The notes below the pieces were generated by a model. It was not told the origin of the DNA, made no database searches, and saw only the letters and a program-made list of their open reading frames with translations. A stretch of 64,000 nt of DNA from an uncultured Gemmatimonadales bacterium (GTDB lineage Bacteria > Gemmatimonadota > Gemmatimonadetes > Longimicrobiales > Longimicrobiaceae): assembly GCA_963716255.1 (NCBI GenBank), contig OY970303.1, forward strand, positions 3,424,001 to 3,488,000, read 5' to 3'. The first letter of the stretch is position 1. Every line of letters starts with the position of its first letter. Position numbers and translations under genes: made by a program. Positions 1 to 10,405 of this stretch are shown one piece after another.

Positions 1-45
1 CTTCGGGCCGAAATCCCTCACGCGGGCATCGCGCTGGCGTCCGCG
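1..45 (+). repeat. Structured intergenic repeat family A, partial copy cut by the window edge
   Basis: CTTCGGGCCGAAATCCCTCACGCGGGC matches the 3' end of the copies at 10214-10348 and 35993-36126. Confidence 0.85.
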
Positions 46-215
46 GGAAGCCCCCTCCCCCCGGCCCCCTCCCCCGCAAGCGGGAGAGGGGGAGCACTAC
101 ACCGGACCCGCAGTTGGCCCCCTCTCCCAGAATTGGGAGAGGGTGGGGAGCCTCAAGCGAGCCGGGGGAGGGCCGCCGTGTCGTTCTCCCCTCCCCCTTG
201 CGGGGAGGGGGTCGC
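46..215. repeat. REP-like CCCCTC(T/C)CC...GGGAG(A/G)GGG palindrome cluster (family B)
   Basis: Three imperfect purine/pyrimidine hairpins; near-identical segment at about 37329-37380 (inverted) and a related one at about 46585-46640. Confidence 0.7.
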
Positions 216-226
216 CGTCGCCGTTC

Positions 227-712
227 TCAGGCGCGGGTCTCCACGCGCGCCGTGGGCTCGCAGCGGACGGGAAAGTTCACCGACCTGGCGATGAAGCACA
301 GGTCGTGGGCGCGATGGTGCAGGGCATCCGCGGCGGCCGGGTCCGTGCCCGCCCGCACGGTGACGGCGGGGCGCAGCACCACCTCGGTGAAGCGGCCGCC
401 GCCGTCCGGCGTTTCCAGCATGCGCCCCTGGGCGTCGTCGCGGTAGCCGGTGACCACCACCCCGGCCTCGGCGGCCAGGTGCAGGAACCAGAGCATGTGG
501 CAGGTGGAGAGCGACGCCACCAGCAGCTCCTCCGGGTTGTAGCGCGCGGGATCGCCCCGGAACGACGGGTCCGAGGAGCCGGGGACCGGCGGCTTCCCCG
601 CGGCCAGGATTTCGTGGGACCGGGCATAGCTCCGGTAGCCGCTCGTCCCCTCGCCCAGGTCGCCCGTCCAGGTGACCCGCACCTCGTACGAATGCTCGCC
701 CCTGCCCGCCAT
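227..712 (-). CDS. OsmC/Ohr-family protein
   Basis: NPEELLVASLSTCHML and HDLCFIARSV, the two conserved Cys motifs; 161 aa. Confidence 0.9.
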   Translation of the reverse strand: MAGRGEHSYEVRVTWTGDLGEGTSGYRSYARSHEILAAGKPPVPGSSDPSFRGDPARYNPEELLVASLSTCHMLWFLHLAAEAGVVVTGYRDDAQGRMLETPDGGGRFTEVVLRPAVTVRAGTDPAAADALHHRAHDLCFIARSVNFPVRCEPTARVETRA

Positions 713-749
713 GCGCTCCCCCGCCGAATAAGGGTCCCCGGCGCCCGCC

Positions 750-2048
750 TCAGTCGCCCGCCACCGCCGCCGCCGCCGCGGCCGCCGCCTCGCGCGGCCG
801 CGCCCCGATGCGCAGCACCATCCCGGCCGCCAGCAGGCAGAGCGCCCCCGATGCCAGGAACGCGCCGCCGTAGTCGCCGAACGCCGTGCGCACCGCCCCC
901 GCGCCGAAGGCCGCCGTCGCCGCGCCCAGCTGGTGCCCCGCCACCACCCAGCCGAACATGATCCCCGCGCGCCGCGCCCCGAACGACTGCGCCGTCAGGC
1001 GCAGCGTGGGCGGCACCGTGGCCACCCAGTCCAGCCCGTAGAACACCGCGAACACCCAGCGCGCCGGCTCCGGCCCCGCCAGCGCCGCCGGGAGGAAGAG
1101 CAGCGAGATCCCCCGCAGCCCGTAGTACCAGGCCAGCAGCCGGCGGCTGTCCCAGCGGTCCGAGAGCCACCCCGAGGCCACCGTCCCCACCAGGTCGAAC
1201 ATCCCCATCGCCGCCAGCAGCCCCGCCGCCGCCACCTGCGGGATGCCGTGGTCGTGCGCCGCGGGGATCAGGTGCGTACCCACCAGCCCGTTGGTGCTCG
1301 CCCCGCAGATGAAGAACGTGCCCGCCAGCAGCCAGAAGTCGCGCGAGCGCACCCCCTCCGCGAGCGCCGCCAGCGCCGCCGCGGCCGGGTTCCCGCCCTG
1401 GCGCTCCGGCACCGCGTCCGCTTCCGTGCCGCCCAGCGGAACCGTGCCCGCCTGGCGCGGGGAATCGCGCATGAGCAGCGCCACCAGCGGGAACACCAGC
1501 GCCGCCGCGCCCGCCACCAGCAGCACCGCCGCCCGCCACCCCGAGCGCTCCACCAGCGCCGCCAGCAGCGGGAGGAACACCAGCTGCCCCGTGGCCGTGC
1601 TCGCCGTCAGGATCCCCATCACCAGGCCGCGGCGCGTGGTGAACCAGCGGCTCACCACCGTCGCGCCCAGCACCAGCGCCGTCATCCCCGTTCCCCCGCC
1701 CACCACCACCCCCCACAGCAGCACCAGCTGCCAGGGCGCCGTCATCCACGCCGTGGCCGCCACCCCCGCGGCGATGGTGCCCAGGGAGACCAGCATGGTG
1801 CGGCGCACCCCCAGCCGGTCCATGATCGCCGCCGCGAACGGCCCCATCAGCCCGTACAGCACCAGGTTGACCGAGACCGCCAGAGACAGCGTGGCCCGGG
1901 TCCACCCGAACTCCTCCTCCAGCGGCACCATCAGCACGCCCGGCGTGGCGCGCACCCCCGCCGCCGCCAGCAGCGTGACGAAGGTGACGCCCGCCACCAC
2001 CCAGGCGTAGTGCGGGCGCCCCCGCGCCGGCATCGTCGCCGCCGTCAC
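750..2048 (-). CDS. MFS transporter
   Basis: About 12 hydrophobic segments; motif A-like MDRLGVRR and GWLSDRWDSRR. Confidence 0.9.
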   Translation of the reverse strand: MTAATMPARGRPHYAWVVAGVTFVTLLAAAGVRATPGVLMVPLEEEFGWTRATLSLAVSVNLVLYGLMGPFAAAIMDRLGVRRTMLVSLGTIAAGVAATAWMTAPWQLVLLWGVVVGGGTGMTALVLGATVVSRWFTTRRGLVMGILTASTATGQLVFLPLLAALVERSGWRAAVLLVAGAAALVFPLVALLMRDSPRQAGTVPLGGTEADAVPERQGGNPAAAALAALAEGVRSRDFWLLAGTFFICGASTNGLVGTHLIPAAHDHGIPQVAAAGLLAAMGMFDLVGTVASGWLSDRWDSRRLLAWYYGLRGISLLFLPAALAGPEPARWVFAVFYGLDWVATVPPTLRLTAQSFGARRAGIMFGWVVAGHQLGAATAAFGAGAVRTAFGDYGGAFLASGALCLLAAGMVLRIGARPREAAAAAAAAVAGD

Positions 2049-2049
2049 C

Positions 2050-3288
2050 TCAGACGCGCTCGATCACGGTGGCGACGCCCTGCCCGCCCGCGATGCACAG
2101 CGTCACCAGCGCCGTCGCCAGGCCGCGCCGCTCCAGCTCGTCCAGCGCCGTGCCCAGCAGCATGGCCCCGGTGGCGCCCAGCGGGTGTCCCAGCGCGATG
2201 GCGCCGCCGTTGACGTTCACCCGCTCCGGGTCCAGCCCCAGGTTCCTCATCACCTGCAGGGGGACCGCGGCGAACGCCTCGTTGATCTCCCACAGGTCCA
2301 CGTCCCCCGTCTCCATCCCCGACTTGCGCAGCGCCTTGCGGGCCGTCTCCGTGGGCGCCGTCAGCATGATGAGCGGGTCCTCCGCGTGCAGCGCCATGGA
2401 AACGATGCGCGCCCGCGGCTTCAGCCCGTGCCCCCGCGCGTACGCTTCGGAGGCCAGCAGCACCGCCGCCGCGCCGTCCACGATCCCGCTGGAGTTGCCC
2501 GCGGTGTGCAGGTGGCGGATCCGCCCCGCCTGCGGGTAGCGGGCCAGCGCGATCTCGTCCAGCGTCTCGCCGTCCGGCCCCGCGGGCGTGGCGCCGGTCT
2601 TCTCGAAGGCGCCGGGGAGGCCGGCCAGCCCCTCCAGCGTGGTGTCCGGGCGCGGGAACTCGTCCCTTTCCAGCAGCACCGCGCCCGTCTCCGGGTCGCG
2701 CACCGGGAACAGGCCGCGCTCGAAGCGGCACGCCGCCTGGGCTTCCGCCGCGCGGCGCTGCGACTCCAGCGCGAAGCCGTCCAGCTCCTCGCGGGTGAAG
2801 CCCTCCAGCGTGGCGATGAGGTCCGCGCTGATCCCCTGCGGCACCTGCGGGTGCTTGCGGCGCAGGTGCGGGTTCCTGCCGTCGCCCTCCGCGCCGTCCG
2901 AGCCCATGGGCACGCGCGACATGCTTTCCACCCCGCCGCCCACCACCAGCTCCTGCGCCCCGCTCGCCACCCCCATGGCGGCGAAGTTCACCGCCTGGAG
3001 CCCCGAGCCGCAGAAGCGGTTCAGGCTCACCCCGCCCACGTGCAGCGGCCAGTCCGCCGCCAGCACCGCGTTCCGCGCCACGTTGGCGCCCTGCTCCCCC
3101 ACCTGCGACACCGCCCCGGCGACCACGTCCTCCACGTCGCCCGTGTCGATGCCGGTGCGCTCCGCCAGCGCGACCAGCGTCTGGGCGAGCAGCTCCTGCG
3201 GGTGCACGCCGGTGAGCGAGCCCTTGCCCATCCTGCCGCGTCCGCGCGGGGTGCGCACCGCGTCGATGATGTATGCCGTGTCTGCCAT
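2050..3288 (-). CDS. Acetyl-CoA C-acyltransferase (thiolase)
   Basis: [28 protein letters not shown] thiolase motifs. Confidence 0.95.
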   Translation of the reverse strand: MADTAYIIDAVRTPRGRGRMGKGSLTGVHPQELLAQTLVALAERTGIDTGDVEDVVAGAVSQVGEQGANVARNAVLAADWPLHVGGVSLNRFCGSGLQAVNFAAMGVASGAQELVVGGGVESMSRVPMGSDGAEGDGRNPHLRRKHPQVPQGISADLIATLEGFTREELDGFALESQRRAAEAQAACRFERGLFPVRDPETGAVLLERDEFPRPDTTLEGLAGLPGAFEKTGATPAGPDGETLDEIALARYPQAGRIRHLHTAGNSSGIVDGAAAVLLASEAYARGHGLKPRARIVSMALHAEDPLIMLTAPTETARKALRKSGMETGDVDLWEINEAFAAVPLQVMRNLGLDPERVNVNGGAIALGHPLGATGAMLLGTALDELERRGLATALVTLCIAGGQGVATVIERV

Positions 3289-3332
3289 GGTGCTCGTGTC
3301 CCTGGTTGCGTGACGGTCCGGGCAACACTTGG

Positions 3333-3345
3333 TATGATGATCATA
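3333..3345. promoter_or_regulatory. Palindromic putative repressor operator between the thiolase and mcrB-like genes
   Basis: TATGAT-G-ATCATA perfect inverted repeat in an AT-rich patch of a divergent intergenic region. Confidence 0.45.
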
Positions 3346-3475
3346 ATATATTCGCCCGGCCGCCGCAATCTTCCCGGAAAATGAACATCGTGGACAGCCC
3401 GGTTTATCACAGCCGCCACCGGAAAACGACGTTTCCGGGGCGCGAAGGCCACCCGGGCGCGGAGCGCGGAGAGCG

Positions 3476-5299
3476 ATGCCGGCAGGCGCGGAGCTGCGGG
3501 AGCTGCTGGAGGGGATCCTCGCGCGCTACGGCGGCGCGCGGGCGGGGGAGCCGTTCGGCGAGGAGCACCCGCTGTGGGGCGCCTTCAAGGGGCTGCGCCA
3601 GGCGCTCTCCGCGCACCCGGCCGTGCGCGCCGTCCCCACCCTGCGCGTGTCGTGGTCGGCGGGGTTCGGCACCTGGGCAAAAGTGCCCTGGGTGGCGATG
3701 CTGGACACGCGCGAGACCACCAACGTGCGCGAGGGGGTGTTCTGCGCCCTCCTGTTCCGGCAGGACACCTCCGGCGTGTACCTGGCGCTCTGCCAGGGCG
3801 CGTCCGAGCCGCGCCGGCAGGTGGGGCGCGAGATCGCCCGCACCCTGCTCCGCTCCCGCGCCGCCGGGCTGCGCACGCTCTGCGAAGCCCTGCCGGAGCT
3901 GGGCTTCGCGCTGGACGACCGCATGGACCTGCGCGCCGACGCCGCCCCCGTCGCCGACCCCTCCGTCACCATCGCCCACAAGCTGTACGAGGCCGGGAGC
4001 GTCCCGCCCGACGCCATCCTGTCGCGCGACCTGGAGGCCGTGCTCGCCGCCTATCGCCGCTGCGTGGAGGAAAAGGAGCGCGCCGCCGCCCGGCCGGACG
4101 CGGGTGCGTACGCCGCCGAGCCGGAGCGCTGGGACGAGCCGTGGGACCGCGCCGCGGCCCTGGACGCGCTGGTGGAGTACGTGGGGCGGCGGGGGTTCGT
4201 GTTCGAGCCCTGGCAGGTGGCCGCGTACGTCACGGCGCTGCGCACCAAGCCCTTCGCCATCCTGGCCGGGGTGACGGGGACGGGGAAGTCGCGCCTCCCG
4301 GCGCTGGTGGCGGAAGGGACCGGCGGCGCCGCGCGGCTGATCCCCGTGCGCCCCGACTGGACGGACAGCGCCGACGTGCTGGGCTACACCGACCTGCGCG
4401 GCGAATTCCGCCCCGGCGTGGTGCTGGACGCCGCGCGCGAGGCCATGGGGCACCCCCGCCGCCACTGGACCGCCGTGCTGGACGAGATGAACCTGGCGCG
4501 CGTGGAGCAGTACTTCGCCGAGGTGCTGAGCCGCATCGAGGACCGGCGCCCCCACCCCCGCGGCGGCTTCGCCACCGCGCCGCTGCTGCACCCGGTGGCG
4601 CACCCCGGCGACGAGTGGAGCGGCGTGGTCCTCCCGCCCAACCTGGCGCTGGTGGGGACGGTGAACGTGGACGAGAGCGCCCACGGCTTTTCCCGCAAGG
4701 TGCTGGACCGCGCCTTCACCCTGGAGCTGGCCGAGCCCGACCTCGCCGCCTGGGAGCCCGCCGGGACCTCGGGCGAGCCGGAGCCCGCCTGGTGGCCGGT
4801 GTCCGCCTGGCACCCGCGCGCCGTCACCCTGGCCGGCCTGGCGCCCGTGGGCGACTGCGAGCGCGCGCTGGTGCGCAGGACGGTGGAAGCCCTCGCCGCC
4901 GCCAACGCGTCGCTCGCCCCCGCCGGCCTGCAGGTGGGCTACCGCGCGCGCGACGAGGCCGCGCTCTTCGTGCTGCACGCCGCCGAGACGCCGGCCGCCT
5001 TCGCCACCCGCGGCGGCGAGCGCGTGGACCCGCTGGACCTGGCGCTGGGAATGAAGCTGCTCCCGCGCATCGCCGGCGGGAGCGACGCCGTGCGCCGCGC
5101 GCTCCTTGGGCTGCTGGGGTGGGCCGGCGCCGGCCGCGGCGCCCTCGCCGAGGCCGAGGCCCGCGCGCTCCTGGACGCCTGGGAGGCCGCCGGCCGTCCC
5201 GCCGCGCTCCCCGGCGCGCGCTTCCCCCGCACCGCGGCGCGGCTGGCGCTGATGTGGGAGCGCCTGCTCGCCGAGGGATTCACCTCGTTCTGGCTGTGA
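3476..5299 (+). CDS. mcrB: McrB-like protein (DUF3578-type N-terminal DNA-binding domain plus AAA+ NTPase)
   Basis: N-terminal [14 protein letters not shown]...GVYLALCQG; Walker A GVTGTGKS; Walker [22 protein letters not shown] signature. Confidence 0.85.
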   Translation: MPAGAELRELLEGILARYGGARAGEPFGEEHPLWGAFKGLRQALSAHPAVRAVPTLRVSWSAGFGTWAKVPWVAMLDTRETTNVREGVFCALLFRQDTSGVYLALCQGASEPRRQVGREIARTLLRSRAAGLRTLCEALPELGFALDDRMDLRADAAPVADPSVTIAHKLYEAGSVPPDAILSRDLEAVLAAYRRCVEEKERAAARPDAGAYAAEPERWDEPWDRAAALDALVEYVGRRGFVFEPWQVAAYVTALRTKPFAILAGVTGTGKSRLPALVAEGTGGAARLIPVRPDWTDSADVLGYTDLRGEFRPGVVLDAAREAMGHPRRHWTAVLDEMNLARVEQYFAEVLSRIEDRRPHPRGGFATAPLLHPVAHPGDEWSGVVLPPNLALVGTVNVDESAHGFSRKVLDRAFTLELAEPDLAAWEPAGTSGEPEPAWWPVSAWHPRAVTLAGLAPVGDCERALVRRTVEALAAANASLAPAGLQVGYRARDEAALFVLHAAETPAAFATRGGERVDPLDLALGMKLLPRIAGGSDAVRRALLGLLGWAGAGRGALAEAEARALLDAWEAAGRPAALPGARFPRTAARLALMWERLLAEGFTSFWL

Positions 5300-7083
5300 G
5301 CGCCGACCTCTTCCGCATCGAGACCGACCGCGTCCTCCTCGTCTGGGCGGCCACGCGCGACGCCGAGCCCGCCTGGCTGTCGCCCTCGCCCCCTCCCCCG
5401 GGGCGCCTTGCCGTCCGTGCCCGCCGCCCCGGCCTCGCCTGGGGGCCGCAGGGCTGGCGCGCGGGCGTGCCGGAAGCCGCCGCGCGCTCCGCCGACGCGA
5501 CCGAGGGGCCGCGGCTCTTCGAGCAGACCGGGTACTCGCTGTACCTGCGGGCAAAGGACGGGCGCACCGTCGCCCTGGAGCACCGCGACCCCGTGATCCT
5601 CCGCGGCCTGCGCGCCTCCGAGGGCGGGCGCGTGGTGCACGGACGCGTCGACTTCTGCGGCCAGGTGGGGCGCAGCGAGTTCACGGTGCGGGTGGACGGC
5701 GAGCCGGAGGTGGACTTCCAGGTGGAGGTGTTCCCCACCAAGCTGGACTACGCCACCGACTACGCCCGCCTGCGCGAGGACACCGGCGAGATCCTCACCG
5801 GGCTGGTGCTGGAGTACCTGCGCTCCACCTTCCACCTGGGGGTGGACCGGCACGCGCCGTCGCCCACCCGGCTGGAATGGCTCGCGCTGCTCCGCCACGC
5901 CGCCGACGACCTGGAGCGCGCCCTCGCCGAGGTCGCCCGCCAGCCGCGCCGGGGGCTGGCCGTCGCGGAGGAGCCCGCCCGCGCCGAGCGCGTGCGCCGC
6001 CCGGACGCCCGCGTGCGCCGGGCCGTGCTGAGGGGCGCCGGCGCCGGCCGCACCGTGTCCACCGGCGAGGGCGTCGCCCTGCGCGAGCGCCTCCCCGACG
6101 GGCGCCCCCGCGCCACCCTGGACACCCCCGAGCACCGCTGGCTCGCGGCGCAGCTGGCCAGCGTCCGCCGCCGCCTGGCCGCCCTGTGCCGCGAGGAGCG
6201 CGAGCTGCCGGCGACGCCGCGGCGCGCGCGCTCGCTGGAGGAGCTGGTCGCGCTGGAGCGCCGCGTCGCGCGGATGCTGCGCGCGGAGCCGCTCGCCGCC
6301 GCCGCGGGCGATCCGCCCCCCGGCCTCGCCTCGCCGCAGCTGGCCCGCGCGCCGGGGTACCGCGAGGCGCACCGCGCCTGCCTCCTCCTGCGGCTGGGGC
6401 TCAGCCTGGAGGGCGGGCCGGTGCACCTGGCCGTCAAGGACCTGGCGCTCCTCTACGAGTACTGGTGCTTCCTGGCGCTGGCGCGCATCCTCGCCGCCCG
6501 CTCCAGATCTGCCCTCCCCGCGCGCTGCCTGCTCGCCGTGGAGGAGCGCGGCCTGCGCGTCCTCCTGCGGCGGGGGCGCGAGCAGACGCTGAAGTTCGAC
6601 CTGGGCGGTGGGACGCGCGCCGTGCTCACCTACAACCCGCGCTTCGGCGGGGAGCCGCTGCTGGTCCCGCAGCAGCCGGACCTGCTGCTGGAGGTGCGCC
6701 GCCCGGACGGCACGGCCGCGCGCGTCGTGCTGGACGCAAAGTACCGCGTCACCGCCGAGGCGGAGTACGTGGCGCGCTACGGCTCGCCCGGGCCGCCGGA
6801 GGACGCCCTCAACGTGCTGCACCGCTACCGCGACGCCATCGTCCGGCCGCGGGCCGGCGCGGGCCCCGAGCGGATCGTGGCCCGCGCCGCCGCGCTCTTT
6901 CCCTTCCGCGAGGCGGAGCCCGGCGCCTTCCGCGCCACCCGGCTGTGGCGCTCGCTGGACGGGCTGGGCGTGGGGGCCATCCCCCTGCTGCCGGGGAGCA
7001 CGGAGTACCTGGAGGCGTGGGTCGACGCGCTCCTGTGCGACGTCCCGGAAAGCCCCCCGACGGTTCTCTTGCACACGGGGTAG
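5296..7083 (+). CDS. McrC-like DUF2357 / PD-(D/E)XK nuclease
   Basis: GTG start overlaps the upstream TGA (GTGA); DTPEHR, LYEYWCFL, QPD...LDAKYR, LHRYRDAI motifs; this is the C-terminal part of ORF 3574-7083. Confidence 0.85.
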   Translation: MSADLFRIETDRVLLVWAATRDAEPAWLSPSPPPPGRLAVRARRPGLAWGPQGWRAGVPEAAARSADATEGPRLFEQTGYSLYLRAKDGRTVALEHRDPVILRGLRASEGGRVVHGRVDFCGQVGRSEFTVRVDGEPEVDFQVEVFPTKLDYATDYARLREDTGEILTGLVLEYLRSTFHLGVDRHAPSPTRLEWLALLRHAADDLERALAEVARQPRRGLAVAEEPARAERVRRPDARVRRAVLRGAGAGRTVSTGEGVALRERLPDGRPRATLDTPEHRWLAAQLASVRRRLAALCREERELPATPRRARSLEELVALERRVARMLRAEPLAAAAGDPPPGLASPQLARAPGYREAHRACLLLRLGLSLEGGPVHLAVKDLALLYEYWCFLALARILAARSRSALPARCLLAVEERGLRVLLRRGREQTLKFDLGGGTRAVLTYNPRFGGEPLLVPQQPDLLLEVRRPDGTAARVVLDAKYRVTAEAEYVARYGSPGPPEDALNVLHRYRDAIVRPRAGAGPERIVARAAALFPFREAEPGAFRATRLWRSLDGLGVGAIPLLPGSTEYLEAWVDALLCDVPESPPTVLLHTG

Positions 7084-7176
7084 CCGGAAACGATCTTGCC
7101 AGCGGGCCGGGCGCACGCCCGGTCCCGTCCCGTCTCCCTCCCGCGGCATCCTCCTCCCCTTCCCCGGAGCCGCCCC

Positions 7177-8511
7177 ATGCCGTCGCCGAACCGGGTTCCG
7201 TTCTTCATGCGCTGGGCGTCGCGGTGGGGCGACGCGGTGTTCACGGGGCTGCTCATCACCGTCGGCCTGGGGACCGGGCTCGGCATCGTCCTGGCGCACG
7301 GGGCGGGCGGCCGGTCCATCGCCCTCCTCTGGTCCTTCGCCTGCTTCGCCAGCGGCATGGCGATCGGCTTCCTGTTCGGCATCCCGCGCGTGCTCCAGGG
7401 CGACGTCCCCGTGGACCCGTCGCAGCCGGGCGGGCCGCAGGGCGCCAGGGACACCGCGGGCCAGGAGGACGGCTACCGCATCCGGCCCAACACCAACCTG
7501 GAGCAGATCTCCGACTGGCTCACCAAGATCCTGGTGGGCGTGGGGCTGGTGCAGATGGGGAGGATCGGGGACGCGCTCGACCGCGCATCGCTCTTCCTGG
7601 CCCGCGGGCTCGGCGCCCCGGCCGAGAGCCTGCAGGTGTTCGCGGCCGGGATCATCGTGTACTTCACGGTGTCCGGCTTCATGGGCGGCTATCTGACGAC
7701 GCGCCTGTTCCTGACCGGCGCGTTCTCGCGGGCGGACCGCGCCGCGGCGGCGCAGCCGACGCTGGCCGAGTACTCCGCCGTGCGCGAAGCCTCCATCGAG
7801 ATCGTGGACCGGGGCGGCGTGGTGTCCGGCGAGGCGGTGCAGGCCGCCTCCAGGATCGGCGCCCTCCCCGTGGACCAGCTCCGCACCCCCGAGGCGATGG
7901 CCGTGTGGGCGAAGGCGCAGCTGATCGAGGGGAACACGCAGGCGGCGGTGGACGCCTACGCCCGCGCCGTGACCGGGGTGCCGGGCGACGCGGCGCTGCG
8001 CTACGAGTACGCTGTCGCCCAGTTCCAGGCGGGCCGCCCGGAAGAGACCGTGCGGGAGCTCCAGGAAGCGTACCGCCGGATCACCCCGGCCACCGACCGG
8101 GTGCTCAAGGAAAAGGTCTACAACTCGCTGACGTTCACCAGCCTGTACCTCCCGCCGCCCGGCGGCTTCACGGCCGCCGTCCGCTACGGCGAGGAGTACG
8201 TCGCCAACCCGGCCAACCTCCCCAGCGGCTCCATCTGGGTCAACCTCGCGGCGGCATACGGCGAGCGGGCCCGCTGGCTGGGCGAGCAGCCCGCGCGGAA
8301 CGGCGCCGCCGTCGCCGAGGCGCGCGGCCTCGCGCTCCGGGCCGTCCACGAGGCGCTGCGGATCGACCCCCGCTGGCGGGAAAGGCTGGTGACGCTCCTG
8401 GACCCCGCCTTCCCGGGCAGGGACCCGGCCGAAGGCGACCTGGAGGTGTTCGCCGGGGACCCCGAGTTCCGCGACGCGCTCGGGCTGCCGGAGCTCCCCC
8501 CGCCCGAGTAG
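7177..8511 (+). CDS. Membrane protein (about 4 TM helices) with C-terminal TPR-like repeats
   Basis: GGAG RBS before ATG 7177; GFLFGIPR and NTNLEQISDWLTKILVGVGL segments; TPR-like AVDAYARAV...PGDAALRYEYA. Confidence 0.7.
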   Translation: MPSPNRVPFFMRWASRWGDAVFTGLLITVGLGTGLGIVLAHGAGGRSIALLWSFACFASGMAIGFLFGIPRVLQGDVPVDPSQPGGPQGARDTAGQEDGYRIRPNTNLEQISDWLTKILVGVGLVQMGRIGDALDRASLFLARGLGAPAESLQVFAAGIIVYFTVSGFMGGYLTTRLFLTGAFSRADRAAAAQPTLAEYSAVREASIEIVDRGGVVSGEAVQAASRIGALPVDQLRTPEAMAVWAKAQLIEGNTQAAVDAYARAVTGVPGDAALRYEYAVAQFQAGRPEETVRELQEAYRRITPATDRVLKEKVYNSLTFTSLYLPPPGGFTAAVRYGEEYVANPANLPSGSIWVNLAAAYGERARWLGEQPARNGAAVAEARGLALRAVHEALRIDPRWRERLVTLLDPAFPGRDPAEGDLEVFAGDPEFRDALGLPELPPPE

Positions 8512-8563
8512 GCACGCGGCCCGTGTCGCGCGTGCGGGAGATCCACGCCCCCCGAGTCCGGCG

Positions 8564-9121
8564 ATGAAGGCACACCCGATCCTTCCCATGCTCCTCTCGC
8601 TCGCGTGCGCCGCGCCGGCGGCGGCGCAGCTCCGCGCGTCCGGCCTTTCCCTGGGCGGGCGGGTGCTGGCCGCCAGGCCGGCGGGCGGCCGCGGCGAAGG
8701 GCTGGGTGCCGGGACGGGGTTCGGCTTCGACGCGGGCTACGACCTGCGGCCCGGCCTGACCCTCCACGCCGGCTTCAGCCGGGTCGTCTTCGCCGTCGGC
8801 GGTGCTGCGCAAGCCACCGACCGGGTGGACTCCGGCGTGGACGTCGGCGTGCTGCTCGCCCGCCCGGCCGGCGGGATCCCGCTCTGGCTCCGGGGCGGGC
8901 TGACCCTGCACGAGACGGAGACGCACCTCGCCTCCGCCGGCGGCGACGGGCTGGACGATGGCCGGAGCGGGATCGGCCTGGAGGGCGGCGCCGGAGTGGA
9001 GCTCCGGCTCGCGCGCCGCCTCGTCCTGCTGCCCGGCGTCGCGTACACCGCCTACCCCGCGGGCGACCCCGGCGGCGTCACGCAGCTGCGGGCCGAGCTG
9101 GGGGCGCGCATCCGCCCCTGA
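8564..9121 (+). CDS. Outer-membrane beta-barrel domain protein
   Basis: Signal peptide ending AAAQ; alternating amphipathic beta-strands; terminal strand LRAELGARI. Confidence 0.7.
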   Translation: MKAHPILPMLLSLACAAPAAAQLRASGLSLGGRVLAARPAGGRGEGLGAGTGFGFDAGYDLRPGLTLHAGFSRVVFAVGGAAQATDRVDSGVDVGVLLARPAGGIPLWLRGGLTLHETETHLASAGGDGLDDGRSGIGLEGGAGVELRLARRLVLLPGVAYTAYPAGDPGGVTQLRAELGARIRP

Positions 9122-9372
9122 GCGGGGTCGTGCCGCCGTCATTCAGGCGCCCTTTTCTGCATCGCTCCGGCCCGGGCGCACCACAATGCAGCGGCGGCGG
9201 CCCCCCGTGCCGGGGATCGCCGCCGCCCTCCCTCCAGCTGCAACCGCCTCCCGCCAAAACGCTTCCGCGACTCGTTCCCTCCGCCGGGCGCCCCGGCCCC
9301 CAACGTGCTCCCCGCACGCGCGCTCCCGTACGTCCCGCTCCACCACCCGTTCCCCGAGACGGAGGAGTCCCC

Positions 9373-10179
9373 ATGCGCTCACGCACGAGTCTCCCGCTGG
9401 CCGCGCTCGCCGCCGCGCTGCTGCTCGCCGGCTGCGGCGACGAGATCTCCCGCCCCGCCGCGCCGCCCAGGGCGCCCCGCGCACCGGAGCAGGCCGAGCT
9501 TTCCGTGCTGCCCAACTCCGCGTCGGGGACCACCGCCCCGGGCGGGCCGTACAACCTGCGCTCCGGCCCCGGGACGGGCTACGCCGTCACCGGCTCGCTG
9601 GGCGCCGGCGCGAGCGTCACCATCGACTGCACCTCCCGCGGCGAGAGCGTCAGCGGCCACTACGGCACCAGCCGCGTGTGGGACCGGCTGGCCAGCGGCA
9701 GCTGGATCACCGACACCAACGTCTACACCGGCACCGACGGCCCTGCGGCGCGCCCCTGCATCCGCAACGACTACCCGTACGCCAGCAGCAGCACCAGCGG
9801 CGTCGACCCCTGGAACTTCTACAACCGCCAGTGCACCTCGTTCTCCGCCTTCCGCGTCAACTGGAACGGCACGCGCACCGGCAAGACGTTCACCAACATG
9901 TACCTGGGCGAGCACTTCGGCGACGCGCACCTGTGGGACGACGCGGCCCGCGCCTCCGGGGTGCCCATCTACGGCTCGCCCGCGGTGGGCCGCATCGCGC
10001 AGTGGAACCGCAACTCCGGCGGGGCGGGCGGCTTCGGGCACGTGGGGTACGTGGCCGCGGTCTACAGCGACGGCAGCTTCCTGGTGGAGGAGTACAACTG
10101 GGCGACCGCCTACGGGTACGGCACCCGGCGCATCTACCCCGGGAGCGGGTCGTGGCCCAGCAACTTCATCGACATCTGA
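9373..10179 (+). CDS. Lipoprotein with SH3b and CHAP peptidoglycan hydrolase domains
   Basis: GGAGGAG RBS; lipobox LLAGC; NLRSGPGTGY (SH3b); NRQCTSF...GHVGYV...EEYN (CHAP Cys-His-Glu). Confidence 0.88.
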   Translation: MRSRTSLPLAALAAALLLAGCGDEISRPAAPPRAPRAPEQAELSVLPNSASGTTAPGGPYNLRSGPGTGYAVTGSLGAGASVTIDCTSRGESVSGHYGTSRVWDRLASGSWITDTNVYTGTDGPAARPCIRNDYPYASSSTSGVDPWNFYNRQCTSFSAFRVNWNGTRTGKTFTNMYLGEHFGDAHLWDDAARASGVPIYGSPAVGRIAQWNRNSGGAGGFGHVGYVAAVYSDGSFLVEEYNWATAYGYGTRRIYPGSGSWPSNFIDI

Positions 10180-10213
10180 AGCGGTTTTACGGCTGGACGG
10201 CAACGGCAGGTTT

Positions 10214-10348
10214 GGGCGTGCCCCCGGCGGGACGCCGGGGTCGGGCTTCGGCTCCGTAAGCCCGCAAACAACGCGGGCTAACGGAGTCGAGACCCGGCGG
10301 AAACAGCCCCGCCGGGTCTCGCCCCTTCGGGCCGAAATCCCTCACGCG
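10214..10348 (+). repeat. Structured intergenic repeat family A copy
   Basis: GGGCGTG...TCGGGCT...CTCCGT...ACGGAG...ATCCCTCACGCG scaffold with internal hairpins. Confidence 0.9.
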
Positions 10349-10405
10349 GGCCTCGCGCTTCGTTCTCGGTCGGGGGCATTCTGAGGCGCAGGCCGGGACG
10401 GGGCG

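Noticed and set aside
3574..5295. N-terminal half of the 1169-aa ORF as part of the nuclease
   Set aside because: It overlaps mcrB in another frame and is low-complexity; the real start is the coupled GTG at 5296.
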